From Candidatus Latescibacterota bacterium (GTDB lineage Bacteria; Latescibacterota; UBA2968; GCA-2709665), in the NCBI GenBank assembly GCA_965219455.1, contig OZ244744.1, positions 704,001 through 768,000 on the forward strand: DNA of 64,000 bases. The letters are read 5' to 3'. Each line of letters begins with the position of its first letter. Positions within the stretch are counted from its first letter, which is position 1. Made by a program: the position numbers and the translations under genes. Under the pieces are notes generated by a model. It was not told the origin of the DNA and made no database searches. It worked only from the letters and a program-made list of their open reading frames with translations. This document shows, piece after piece, positions 18,665 to 28,565 of this stretch.

Positions 18665-19723
18665 ATGCTCTCACTCAGGTTACTGCCTAAAACGGTGGCG
18701 CGTTACCACCGGTCTCTCACGTTCCGGCGGGTCTGGAACGTGGCCAAAGTGGTTACCTCCTACATCCTCTCCCGCCTTGCCAAACGCGATATCCGCATGG
18801 GCCGTCCCTTCATCCTGATGCTGGAGCCCACCAACCTCTGCAATCTCAAATGTCCGCTTTGTCCATCGGGCAACGGGGGGTTGACCAGGCCGCGCGGGAC
18901 CATGGAATACGAAGCCTTCAAGCGGATCTTTGAGGAACAGGCGAAAGACCTCCTGCTCCTGATGCTGTGGAACCAGGGCGAACCCTTTATCAACAAGCGG
19001 CTGACCGACATGATCCGCCTTGCCAGGGCGCACAATGTCCCCACCATCACCAGCACCAACGTCCACTACATCCGAAGCCGAAGCGATGCCGAAGATATCG
19101 TCACTTCCGGTCTGGACGAAATCGTGGTCTCCCTGGACGGGGTGACCCCGGAATCCTACGTCAAATACCGCGTCGGGGGCAACTTCGACCGGGTCCTTGA
19201 TGGAATCCGCCTTCTCAGCGCGGCGAAGAAAACCCTCAATGCGGACCATCCCGTCATCCACCTGCAGTTTATCATTTTCAAACACAACGAGACCGAAATC
19301 GACGCCGCCCGGAACCTCGCGCGGGAACTGGGCGTGGACCGGCTTTCGCTTAAAACGGCCCAGGTCTATACCGATGACGAAGCGGAAGCGTACCTTCCTG
19401 AAGACGAATCCTACAGCCGCTACCGTTACGATGCGGACCAACTTACCATGAACGGCAAGATTACCAATTCCTGCAGGCACCTCTGGTACAGTACAGTCGT
19501 CAACTGGGATGGGGCCGTGTCACCGTGTTGTTTCGACAAAGACGTGCATTACGGCCTGGGGAATACACTTGAAAGCCCGGACTTTGACGGCATCTGGTCG
19601 GGCGAGGCGTATACCGGCTTCAGAAACGCCATCCTCAAGGACCGGTCAGCGGTACCCATATGCAACAACTGTTCAGAAGGCATCAAGGGCATGTTTTACG
19701 ATATCGAAGAGGTGAAACATTAG
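18665..19723 (+). CDS. Radical SAM protein with SPASM domain
   Basis: CNLKCPLC; QGEP; C-terminal C...DGAVSPCC...CNNC. Confidence 0.92.
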   Translation: MLSLRLLPKTVARYHRSLTFRRVWNVAKVVTSYILSRLAKRDIRMGRPFILMLEPTNLCNLKCPLCPSGNGGLTRPRGTMEYEAFKRIFEEQAKDLLLLMLWNQGEPFINKRLTDMIRLARAHNVPTITSTNVHYIRSRSDAEDIVTSGLDEIVVSLDGVTPESYVKYRVGGNFDRVLDGIRLLSAAKKTLNADHPVIHLQFIIFKHNETEIDAARNLARELGVDRLSLKTAQVYTDDEAEAYLPEDESYSRYRYDADQLTMNGKITNSCRHLWYSTVVNWDGAVSPCCFDKDVHYGLGNTLESPDFDGIWSGEAYTGFRNAILKDRSAVPICNNCSEGIKGMFYDIEEVKH

Positions 19724-19867
19724 AAAGGGCACCCCGCCGCGGGATTGGAGTCCGAATCCCGGCACTCCGCGTGCCTCGCATCCGCCCACTGCCGCCGTCC
19801 TGACCCCCAAGCGCTTTCCGACGTTTCTCGTCGTTCAGTTTCCAACCGCTTCCGACCCCGGATATCC

Positions 19868-21124
19868 GTGTTGACCTCCCTGATCGATGCGTTCCTGCTG
19901 ATTTCAACGGCAATCTACAGCGGCGGCGCCGTGGCGTTTCTGATGGGGCTGCGTCGAAAGAGCCGCCCCGCTCACACCCACTCGCGGCCGTTAGTCTCGG
20001 TTGTGGTTGCGGCGAGGAACGAAGCGGACTATATCGCCGATTGCCTCACGGGGTTGACGAAACAGACCTATCCGGCCGACCGATACGAAGTCCTGGTCGT
20101 CGACGACGGTTCCACGGACCAGACGCCGCTTATCTCGGCCCGATTTGCCGCCGGGCATTCCCAGGTCCGAAGCATTGAAGTCACGGACGCCTTTCAGCAC
20201 ATGGCCGCAAAAAAACGGCCCCTTTCCGAGGGTATCCGGGCCGCGCGAGGCGGCATCATTCTAACCACCGACGCGGACTGCGCCGTGCCTGCCACCTGGA
20301 TTGCCGGCATGGTCTCGCAACTGGAGACTGGCGCGGACGTCGTCATCGGGTTTTCGCAGGTCAAGACCGCCCGGGACCGGCTGACGCCGGTGGAACGGTT
20401 GCAGGCATTCGACTTTCTCGCCCTCATGTCCGCTTCGGCCGGCGCCGCCAACCTGGCAATGCCGCTGGCCGCGACCGGCCAGAATCTGGGCTACCGGAAG
20501 GCGCTTTTCGATCGGGTTAACGGATTCGAGAAGATCGCCCGTCGCCCGTCCGGCGACGACGTACTCCTGCTTCAGTTGTTTCGCCGGGCCGGCGCGAAGG
20601 TCGTATTTGCAGACCATCCCGACACCTTCGTCAGCACACGGCGCGCCGAATCCATGGCCGGTTTCTGGACCCAGCGGCGCCGATGGGCGTCGAACGCCCG
20701 AAACATGGTGACGCTCAATCCCGTCTTCTTCGTCTATCTCGCGAACGTCTTTCTGCTCAACCTTCTCATACCCGCCGGTTTGATCCTGGGTGCGGGTCAA
20801 GGAGCCTGGGGCCTGCCGCTGGCATGTTTGGCAGTCAAGGCGCTGGCGGACCTGGGCGTGGTTTGGAAAGGCGCCCGCCTCTTCGGCCGGACCGACCTCC
20901 TCCCGGTGTTGCCTGCGTGGGAACTTCTGCAGATTCCATACGCGGTTCTGGTGGGGTTGTTCGGAACGTTCGGGAGTTTCGTCTGGAAAGACAGAACCCA
21001 CCGGGCGCGCCAGGTGGGAACATTGAAGGACGGCTTCTTTTCCAAATCGGAATTTCGTGTCCGGCGAGAGGCTGACGTCGGTCTCCCGGACAGGCCGGTG
21101 AAGACGCGCCAGGCGCGTACGTAA
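19868..21124 (+). CDS. Family 2 glycosyltransferase with TM helices
   Basis: VVVAARNE, DDGSTD, TTDADC, SGDD, QRRRW; start uncertain. Confidence 0.9.
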   Translation: MLTSLIDAFLLISTAIYSGGAVAFLMGLRRKSRPAHTHSRPLVSVVVAARNEADYIADCLTGLTKQTYPADRYEVLVVDDGSTDQTPLISARFAAGHSQVRSIEVTDAFQHMAAKKRPLSEGIRAARGGIILTTDADCAVPATWIAGMVSQLETGADVVIGFSQVKTARDRLTPVERLQAFDFLALMSASAGAANLAMPLAATGQNLGYRKALFDRVNGFEKIARRPSGDDVLLLQLFRRAGAKVVFADHPDTFVSTRRAESMAGFWTQRRRWASNARNMVTLNPVFFVYLANVFLLNLLIPAGLILGAGQGAWGLPLACLAVKALADLGVVWKGARLFGRTDLLPVLPAWELLQIPYAVLVGLFGTFGSFVWKDRTHRARQVGTLKDGFFSKSEFRVRREADVGLPDRPVKTRQART

Positions 21125-21207
21125 GCCGGGCATCCCACGCATTCGAAACTATCGGGTGCTTCCCGAGGCACCGGTCTCCGGTGAGCCCGAACCCCGACTT
21201 CTGCATT

Positions 21208-22359
21208 ATGGATTCTTTCACACACCCGCGCCGATGGGTACTCACGCTCCTCAGTCTCGCGCTCTGCGCGGGCGCCGCATGCGCCCAGCGCCCCCGAGCA
21301 AGGGATCTCGGTATCCGCATCGGCACGCTCCCGCCGGGCCCATATAACGCCATTACGGACGTCTCCGGCGTCAATGTGGGCCACGTCACCCTAATTAGCG
21401 GCGAGGGGAAACTGGTTGTCGGAAAGGGCCCGGTCCGCACCGGTGTCACCGCCGTAGTGCCCCACCCCGACGACGTCTATCTGAACCAGGTCTTCGCCGC
21501 GGCCGAAGCGCTCAACGGAAACGGCGAGATGACCGGCATGGAGTGGATCAACGAACGGGGTCTGCTGGAGGTGCCGGTGATCCTCACCAACACCCTCAGC
21601 GTCGGCGAGGCGTACAACGGGGCTGTCGCCTACATGCTCAGACAGGACGTGGGACGGGTGCCGCTGCCCGTTGTGGCCGAATGTTACGACGGCGGCCTCA
21701 ACGATATCGCGGGCCGCCACGTAAAAGAGGAACATGTCATCCGGGCGATCGAATCCGCAACGGACGGCCCGGTTGCCGAAGGATCGGTGGGCGCGGGCAC
21801 GGGGATGCGGGCTTACGGCTTCAAGGCCGGCGTGGGCACGGCGTCACGTGTACTTTCCAGCGCGCAGGGCGCCTACACCCTTGGCGTGCTTGTTGTTGCA
21901 AACTGCGGCCGGCGTCCCAACCTGGTCATCGACGGGGTTCCCGTGGGCAGGCATCTGCCAGTTGCGCCCCGTCCGCCTGCCCGCGATGGCTCTATCGTCA
22001 TTCTGGTCGCCACGGACGCGCCGCTGATCCCCATTCAGCTTCGCCGGCTCTGCAAACGGTCCGCGCTCGGGGTGAGCCGCACCGGCACCTTCTCGAGAAC
22101 CAGCAGCGGCGACCTGGTTCTCGCATTCTCCACCGCCCGCCGCATCCCCCGGGACGCGTCGATGGTGGATACGGTTCAAACACTGCGTGACCACCGCCTG
22201 AACCCGCTCCTGCAGGCCACCGTCGAGGCCACCGAGGAAGCCATCGTCAACGCGCTGTGCGCCGCGGACACGATGACGGGCCGGGACAACAGGACCCTAC
22301 CGGGCCTGCCCCTGGACCGGCTTGTCGACATAATGAAACAACACAACCGCATCGAGTGA
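21208..22359 (+). CDS. DmpA/P1 (S58) family aminopeptidase with signal peptide
   Basis: NAITDVSGVNVGH, RTGVT, NGNGE, EGSVGAGTG, DGS cleavage motif, ATEEAIVNAL. Confidence 0.92.
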   Translation: MDSFTHPRRWVLTLLSLALCAGAACAQRPRARDLGIRIGTLPPGPYNAITDVSGVNVGHVTLISGEGKLVVGKGPVRTGVTAVVPHPDDVYLNQVFAAAEALNGNGEMTGMEWINERGLLEVPVILTNTLSVGEAYNGAVAYMLRQDVGRVPLPVVAECYDGGLNDIAGRHVKEEHVIRAIESATDGPVAEGSVGAGTGMRAYGFKAGVGTASRVLSSAQGAYTLGVLVVANCGRRPNLVIDGVPVGRHLPVAPRPPARDGSIVILVATDAPLIPIQLRRLCKRSALGVSRTGTFSRTSSGDLVLAFSTARRIPRDASMVDTVQTLRDHRLNPLLQATVEATEEAIVNALCAADTMTGRDNRTLPGLPLDRLVDIMKQHNRIE

Positions 22360-22418
22360 ATCGGGTGGCTCACACAACGCCTTCGCCCGGTCTCTGAATC
22401 CTTATTCCAGGTTTCGCA

Positions 22419-23873
22419 ATGCCCAACCTTTCCATCATCCTCGGTCTCTCGGCCTACATCCTGCTAACCCTTGGGGTCGGGCTTTACGCCGGTCGGCGGG
22501 TAAAGGGCTCGGCCGACTTCATCGTTGCCGGCCGGAGGCTGGGCATCTTGCTGGCCACCGGCACCTTGGCGGCCACCTGGTTCGGGGGCGGCATCGTCAT
22601 CGGTGCCGCAAGCGAGGCTTACAAAAAGGGTTTTCTGGGCGTTATCGCCGATCCGTTCGGCGCCGCCCTGTGTCTTTTTCTCGCGGGGCTTTTTTACGTC
22701 AGGGTCATGCGCCGGATGGGCCTGACGACCATCGCAGGCTTTTTTGAAAGTCGCTTCGGGCGATCGGCGGGTGCGGTGGCGGCTCTGTGTACCATTCCCG
22801 CGTATCTCGGATGGGTGGCGTCCCTCATGGTCGCCTTCGGCCGGGTCATCCAATCGCTCACCGGTCTTGACCCAACCCTGGGCATCTGTATCGGCGCCGC
22901 GATCGTACTCGTCTACACCACCGCGGGTGGCATGTGGGCCGTCACGCTCACGGACTTCATCCAGGTTGCCGTTTTGACGGTGGGTCTACTGGTCATCACG
23001 CCGCTGCTGCTGAACGACATGGGCGGATGGTCGGCCATCAGCGCCCGGCTCCCTGAAGACCGGTTTTACCTCTATCCCCGGAACGCCGGTCCGCCCGGCT
23101 GGTTCGCCTACGCCCGGGACTGGCTGGTCATCGGCCTGGGCAATCTGGCGGGGCAGGATCTGGTCCAGCGCAGCCTAGCGAGCAAGAATGAATCCGTCGC
23201 CCAGAACAGCGCCTACCTTGCCGGCACGCTCTACCTCACCGTCGGGCTGCTTCCGGTCTTTCTCGGCATCGCCGGAACCCTCATCTTTCCCGACCTTGGC
23301 GATCCGGACATGATCATGATGCGCCTGGGCATGAAATATCTCTCGCCTCTGGCAATGGCCGTCTTTCTCGGCGCGCTCGTTTCCGCACTGATGAGCAGCG
23401 CGGACAGCGCACTGCTCGCTCCGGCCAGCGTTATCGGATGGGACCTGGTCCGTTACGTCCGCCCGGACGCCGACGAACGGTTCGTCCTCCGGATCTGCCG
23501 CATCAGCGTACCGATTCTCGGCCTGATATCCGTCTACCTCGCACTGGCGCACAATACGGTCTATTCGCTGATGGTGAATTCATGGTCGATCCTGCTGGCC
23601 ACCCTCTTTGTGCCGCTCACCGCGGGCATCTGGTGGTCTCGAGCCAATCTGCCCGGCGCGCTTGCGGCCATGGTTTCGGGCTTCATCGCGTGGATCTGCC
23701 TCATCTATCTCACGCCGGATCTACCGGCAGACCTGCTGGCCGTACCGGTCGCTCTGCTCTTTCTGGTCGTTCTCAGCCTGAAAACGAAACACTCGTTTCC
23801 CTCGAGACCGCTCGCGGATACCGCCGGACACCCCGTTCCGCTCGAGAACCGCCTTGGCCTCAGACGCCGGTAA
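22419..23873 (+). CDS. Sodium:solute symporter family protein
   Basis: DFIVAGRRL, GGMWAVTLTDFIQ, ALMSSADS; many TM segments. Confidence 0.93.
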   Translation: MPNLSIILGLSAYILLTLGVGLYAGRRVKGSADFIVAGRRLGILLATGTLAATWFGGGIVIGAASEAYKKGFLGVIADPFGAALCLFLAGLFYVRVMRRMGLTTIAGFFESRFGRSAGAVAALCTIPAYLGWVASLMVAFGRVIQSLTGLDPTLGICIGAAIVLVYTTAGGMWAVTLTDFIQVAVLTVGLLVITPLLLNDMGGWSAISARLPEDRFYLYPRNAGPPGWFAYARDWLVIGLGNLAGQDLVQRSLASKNESVAQNSAYLAGTLYLTVGLLPVFLGIAGTLIFPDLGDPDMIMMRLGMKYLSPLAMAVFLGALVSALMSSADSALLAPASVIGWDLVRYVRPDADERFVLRICRISVPILGLISVYLALAHNTVYSLMVNSWSILLATLFVPLTAGIWWSRANLPGALAAMVSGFIAWICLIYLTPDLPADLLAVPVALLFLVVLSLKTKHSFPSRPLADTAGHPVPLENRLGLRRR

Positions 23874-23876
23874 CAG

Positions 23877-24653
23877 CTACGACCGTCGCCCGTCGCGGTC
23901 CTGCACCCGCGTGACGAGACCCGCGAAGAAACCCGCGCCGAATCCGTTGTCAATGTTCACAACCACCACGCCTGGCGCGCAGGAATTCAACGTCCCCAGC
24001 AGCGCGGCCAGTCCACCGAAACTGGCGCCGTAACCCACGCTGGTCGGCACCGCAATCACCGGGACATCCACCAACCCGCCCACCACCGAAGGCAGCGCGC
24101 CCTCCATTCCCGCCACCACCACAATCGCCGCAGCCTGGTCGATCTGTTCACGATGGGCGAACAACCGGTGAATCCCCGCCACACCCACGTCGTACAGCTT
24201 CCCAACCCGACTTCCCATCGCCTCCGCTGTTACCACGGCCTCTTCGGCAACCGGCAAATCGGATGTTCCCGCTGAAATGACCAGGATCTCTCCAGCCGTC
24301 GCGATACTGCCCAAATCGCTTCCGCGTATCAATAACGTCCGCGCCACCGGGTTGTAGTCCACGCCGCGCAAGGCCGAACGCACGGCGTCAGCCTGGGCTC
24401 CGTCGGCCCGCGTTGCCAGAAGCGTGGATCCCGCGTCCGAAATGCGGCGCGCGATTTCCACCACCTGTTCCGTGGTCTTGCCCTGGCAGAAGATCACCTC
24501 GGGGAAACCCTGCCGCAAAGCCCGATGATGATCCACGTGCGCGAACCCCAGATCTTCAAACGGCAGCTTCTTCAGACGTTCCATCGCAGTGTCGACATCC
24601 AGTTTGCTTTCGCGAACCGCCTCCAGCACATGCCGGATCTGCTCAGGCGTCAC
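23877..24653 (-). CDS. larB: Nickel-pincer cofactor biosynthesis protein LarB
   Basis: DHHRALRQGFPEV, AGTSDLPVAEEA, DVGVAGIHRL, VPTSVGYG, VVNIDNGFGA. Confidence 0.93.
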   Translation of the reverse strand: MTPEQIRHVLEAVRESKLDVDTAMERLKKLPFEDLGFAHVDHHRALRQGFPEVIFCQGKTTEQVVEIARRISDAGSTLLATRADGAQADAVRSALRGVDYNPVARTLLIRGSDLGSIATAGEILVISAGTSDLPVAEEAVVTAEAMGSRVGKLYDVGVAGIHRLFAHREQIDQAAAIVVVAGMEGALPSVVGGLVDVPVIAVPTSVGYGASFGGLAALLGTLNSCAPGVVVVNIDNGFGAGFFAGLVTRVQDRDGRRS

Positions 24654-25647
24654 CGGACACCTCCTCCGCCTTGCGACCAACGGCGTTCAATATGCCTTCG
24701 ACAGCCTCCGGGTCGTCCTCCGTCATCAGCGCGCGCCGGAACGCCGCAGCGCCATCGACGCCCTTGATATACGCGGCAAAATGCCTTCTCATCTCACGAA
24801 CCCCCGCGGGCAGCCCTTTGTTTTCCACCGAGAGGCGCAGGTGCCGGATGGCCATTCCCACGCGTTCGCGGGCCGACGGCGGCGCCAGCAGGTCGCCTGT
24901 CGCCAGAAAGTGCTCGATCCGTCCGAACAGCCATGGGTCTCCAATCGCCCATCGGCCCACCATGACCAGGTCACATCCCGTCTGTTCCATCATGTCCCGC
25001 GCGTCCAGCGGGTTCCTGACGTCGCCGTTGCCGATTACGGGAATCGAAACGGCTTCGGACACTTCGCGGATCACATCCCAATCCGCCTTACCCGAAAACC
25101 CCGCTTTTCGTGTCCGGCCGTGTACGGCGATCGCCGCGGCGCCCATGTCTTGCGCAAGGAGCGCAACTTCCGACGCCCTTGTACCGTCTTCCCAACCGCT
25201 GCGGATCTTCAGGGTAACGGGAATGGACACCGCCTGCGCCATCGCCGAAACGATCCTGCCCAGCCGCGACGGATCCTTCAGCAGGGCCGCGCCCGCACGC
25301 CGGTTTACGATCTTCTTCACGGGACAACCGCAATTGATATCCAGCATATCCGGATTGCGTTCGGCGGCCACGCGCGCGCCTTCGGCCATTTCGTCGGGTT
25401 CGGACCCGAATATCTGCACGGAAATAGGATGCTCGTCCGCCTCGAAATCCAGGTAACGGCTCGAGCGCTCGCTGCCGTCGGCCAGTCCGCGGGCGCTCAC
25501 CATTTCCGTTACTGCGAGACCCGCGCCCTGCTCCCGGCACAGCAACCTGAACGACCGATCCGTCACGCCAGCCAGCGGCGCGAGCACGGTCGACCCGGGG
25601 ATCGCCGTTTTGCCAACGTATACCATATCAGGGCTCCGCGTGTTCAT
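24643..25647 (-). CDS. dusB: tRNA-dihydrouridine synthase DusB
   Basis: LAPLAGVTD, TEMVS, DINCGCP, KIRSGW, HGRT, GNGD, VMVGR. Confidence 0.93.
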   Translation of the reverse strand: MNTRSPDMVYVGKTAIPGSTVLAPLAGVTDRSFRLLCREQGAGLAVTEMVSARGLADGSERSSRYLDFEADEHPISVQIFGSEPDEMAEGARVAAERNPDMLDINCGCPVKKIVNRRAGAALLKDPSRLGRIVSAMAQAVSIPVTLKIRSGWEDGTRASEVALLAQDMGAAAIAVHGRTRKAGFSGKADWDVIREVSEAVSIPVIGNGDVRNPLDARDMMEQTGCDLVMVGRWAIGDPWLFGRIEHFLATGDLLAPPSARERVGMAIRHLRLSVENKGLPAGVREMRRHFAAYIKGVDGAAAFRRALMTEDDPEAVEGILNAVGRKAEEVSGDA

Positions 25648-26468
25648 TCCACGGATGCAATCAATCGTCTAACCTTCTCCGCCCCGACCCGGGCGACCTC
25701 TCGAGCGTCCTGCCGCCACAGGGTTTCATTGAACAACTCGAGAGATACAGGACCGGAGAAGCCTCGGGATGCCAGCATCCGCAGCATGTTTTCCAGGTTC
25801 AGAATCCCATCGCCGGGATACACCCGGTCTCCGTCCGTAAGCGTCTCCCTTCGGCGGTCGGTTCGAGGCGCATCGTCAATATGGAAAATCGCCACCTGCG
25901 CTCCCGGGACCTTCAGGATATCCTCGTCCCGCCCGCCGCCGCGATAGATATGAAACGCGTCCATCACAACCGTGGTTTCGGGATGATCCGCCAGGGCCAC
26001 GATCTCCATCAGCGTATCCACGTTATTCACGTGCGCGACAAAACCCAGGAACTCGAGAGCCGGCAGACACCCGACCTCTCCACCCAGTTCCATCAACCGG
26101 TAGAACCGGTCTGCCACCCGGTTCAGATCCACCTGCCCGCGAGCAGGCCCGGCGATGACGCGGGGCGCCCCGACGGCCACGCCCTGTTCCATCAGCCGCC
26201 GGGCTTCGCCGAGAAGCTCGGTTTCGAAAACCCGATCGGTCGCGTCCATCCACCCGGAAAAGTGAACCAAATCGGGCACGGCGAGATTGTAGTCATCGAG
26301 CACCTGTCTGAGCTCGGACAGCCTCCCGCCGCCCTGTTCCCACTCCGTCAGGTCTTCGTTCCACAACTCAACCGAGTCATAACCCGCTTCGCCCGCCGCC
26401 CGGATCTTCTCGATAATGGATGCGGGCCGAATCGTACTGGTATTGAAACACAATTCAAACCGGGCCAT
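25644..26468 (-). CDS. Sugar phosphate isomerase/epimerase (TIM barrel)
   Basis: AGYDSVELW, ALEFLGF, DAFH, HIDD, PGDG, SLELFN. Confidence 0.88.
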   Translation of the reverse strand: MARFELCFNTSTIRPASIIEKIRAAGEAGYDSVELWNEDLTEWEQGGGRLSELRQVLDDYNLAVPDLVHFSGWMDATDRVFETELLGEARRLMEQGVAVGAPRVIAGPARGQVDLNRVADRFYRLMELGGEVGCLPALEFLGFVAHVNNVDTLMEIVALADHPETTVVMDAFHIYRGGGRDEDILKVPGAQVAIFHIDDAPRTDRRRETLTDGDRVYPGDGILNLENMLRMLASRGFSGPVSLELFNETLWRQDAREVARVGAEKVRRLIASVE

Positions 26469-27129
26469 CCTGTCCTCCAGTTTCGCAAATCGCGTTCAGC
26501 ACGCACTGCCCGCACATGGGTCTCGGCAGGCAGACGCGCTTGCCGAGCGCCACGATCAGGGCATGATACTCGTTGTAGACGACCGTGTCCGCTGGCAACG
26601 CGGCCTCGAACCTGCGCTGTACATCATGGTAATCGAGCGCCCGGTCGATCAGTCCCAGACGCCCGAAAACACGCCGCGTATATGCATCCACCACAAAACT
26701 CGGCTTATCGAGCGCATAGAGCAGAATGCAGTCCGCGGTCTCAGGTCCAATGCCCTGTACCGCCAGCAGTTCCTCGCGCAGACGCCCGGTGGGCGCATCC
26801 TTCATCCGGACAACGTCCGCGCCGTACCTGCCAACGAAAAACGCCAGGAACGCCTTCAGCCGCCTCGTTTTTACGCGGAAGGTCCCGGCGGAGCGGATGA
26901 GGGTTTCCATTTCGCAGGCGGGCATATCCAGCATGGTCCGGGCATCGAGCGCCCCGGCGGCCTTGAGCCTTCCCATCGCCCGTTCCACGTTCGTCCAGGC
27001 TGTATTCTGCGTTAATATGGCCCCGACCATCGTTTCGAACGGGGTCTCCGCCGGCCACCAGCCCTGTGGTCCGAAGGCATCCAACAACCGGTCAAAAACC
27101 GGAAGAATCCTGTTCCGTCCGGAGGCCAT
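26455..27129 (-). CDS. Endonuclease III-like HhH-GPD DNA glycosylase with FeS motif
   Basis: GAILTQNTAW, GIGPETAD, VVDAYT, HALIV, C-x5-C-x2-C-x5-C. Confidence 0.9.
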   Translation of the reverse strand: MASGRNRILPVFDRLLDAFGPQGWWPAETPFETMVGAILTQNTAWTNVERAMGRLKAAGALDARTMLDMPACEMETLIRSAGTFRVKTRRLKAFLAFFVGRYGADVVRMKDAPTGRLREELLAVQGIGPETADCILLYALDKPSFVVDAYTRRVFGRLGLIDRALDYHDVQRRFEAALPADTVVYNEYHALIVALGKRVCLPRPMCGQCVLNAICETGGQDGPV

Positions 27130-27232
27130 AGTAGGCTGAAATCTAACGAATCGACGGATGATGAGCAACCCCTATTCAATTCGAAGGGATGTGCCCGCGC
27201 CATGTCTCGTAAGCCGTCCGCCGGTAGTCTCG

Positions 27233-27276
27233 AAAAACAGAAAAGCGCCCGGACCGTCCTCGCCCGAGCGCCTTTT
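27233..27276 (-). terminator. Intrinsic terminator after the 42-aa ORF
   Basis: Minus strand GGCGCUCGGGC-loop-GUCCGGGCGCU then UUUCUGUUUUU. Confidence 0.7.
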
Positions 27277-27296
27277 CAGCAGACAGTTCGTATGTA

Positions 27297-27425
27297 TCAA
27301 TTCGGGTGGATGTAAAGTTTCTTCCATAGCTGAATGACCCTCAACTGGTGCCGCACCCAGCAGTATCGTTTCAAGATTTCGATGACCTTCAGACGCAACG
27401 CAAATTCACGCAGATCAATGGACAT
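27297..27425 (-). CDS. Small basic protein, 42 aa, not in the ORF track (MSIDLREFALRLKVIEILKRYCWVRHQLRVIQLWKKLYIHPN)
   Basis: GGAAGGAGG RBS, promoter-like TTGACT-17 bp-TATATA at 27489-27461, terminator downstream. Confidence 0.7.
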   Translation of the reverse strand: MSIDLREFALRLKVIEILKRYCWVRHQLRVIQLWKKLYIHPN

Positions 27426-27624
27426 TCCGGCCTCCTTCCCAATGCAAATCGTCTCTGTCATATATAAGGATACTGCGGTCGAAAGTCAAGCCGCTCCGGC
27501 GGCGGCGCGTGAAACCTCGGATTGACATTCGCTACCGGCCTTTCCACTTTACACGACTTCTGCGGCAGCCTATATTGAACGACTCTTTAGTTCCATAACT
27601 CAGGTCCCTTCGTGGAGATACACA

Positions 27625-28386
27625 ATGTCTGAAATCAGCCTGAAAGACAAACTGAACGCCGGTGAGGTTGTCCTGGGTCCCTTCGTCAACCTCGCTTCCG
27701 GCGCGCTCATCGAAATCGCCGCGTACGCCGGCTTTGACTTCGTCATCCTGGATACCGAACACGGCCCGCTGGACATCGAGACCACCGAGAATCTCTGCCG
27801 CGTGGCAAAAGGCGCAGGTATTTCCCCCATCGTGCGCGTCCGGGAAAACGACCCGCCCCAGGTGCTCAGAGCGCTGGACATCGGCCCGGAGGGCGTCCAG
27901 GTCCCGCAGATACGCACCCGATCGGACGCTGAATCCCTCGTCGCGGCGGCAAAATACGCGCCACTCGGGATGCGGGGCGTCTCGCCCTACACCCGCGCGG
28001 CGCGGTACTTTTCGGAAGGCGGCCGGATCTTCGAGCGGCTGAACCGGGAATCCATGGTGCTGATCCACGTGGAAGGCGTGGATGGCCTGGAGAACCTGGA
28101 TGCCATCATCGCCGTGCCCGGCCTGGACGTCGTCTTCCTCGGTCCGTACGACCTTTCCCAGTCACTGGGCATACCGGGCCAGGTGAATGACGCCCGGGTG
28201 GTGGACCGGATGCGGGAGGCCACGGTGCGGATCAATCGGGCAGGACTCACCGTGGGCACCTTCGCGGACAGCCCCGACGCGGCCAGACGCTGGATCGACG
28301 CCGGTGTGCGATATATCGCCCTGTCGGTGGACACGGGCATCTACCTTCACGGCTGCCGCGATATGGTCAACAGCGTAAGAGGCTGA
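27625..28386 (+). CDS. HpcH/HpaI aldolase family protein
   Basis: GFDFVILDTEHG, LDIG, YAPLGMRG, FLGPYDLSQSLG. Confidence 0.92.
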   Translation: MSEISLKDKLNAGEVVLGPFVNLASGALIEIAAYAGFDFVILDTEHGPLDIETTENLCRVAKGAGISPIVRVRENDPPQVLRALDIGPEGVQVPQIRTRSDAESLVAAAKYAPLGMRGVSPYTRAARYFSEGGRIFERLNRESMVLIHVEGVDGLENLDAIIAVPGLDVVFLGPYDLSQSLGIPGQVNDARVVDRMREATVRINRAGLTVGTFADSPDAARRWIDAGVRYIALSVDTGIYLHGCRDMVNSVRG

Positions 28387-28440
28387 GCGCCGAGCGTGGC
28401 AGAAGCCCGCGGCGTCGAAAAAACCGCGAAAATCAAGACC

Positions 28441-28484
28441 GAATCAAAAAGAGCGCCTCACTTGGGAGGCGCTCTTTTTGATTC
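28441..28484. terminator. Bidirectional terminator between convergent genes
   Basis: Perfect 19-bp inverted repeat GAATCAAAAAGAGCGCCTC-6 nt-GAGGCGCTCTTTTTGATTC. Confidence 0.88.
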
Positions 28485-28565
28485 AAATCCACACAAAGCA
28501 AATACGCCAACGCCAATCACAGACTTCGTTCGGCCCCCCCCCCCATACCCGTAGGGGGAAAGGGG

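Noticed and set aside
23877-24653. larB as evidence of a lactate racemase cluster
   Set aside because: No larA, larC or larE in the window; dispersed lar genes are common
28534-28565. C11 tract as a phase-variation site
   Set aside because: Intergenic between convergent genes and part of a C/G-rich hairpin, so it cannot shift a frame or promoter spacing
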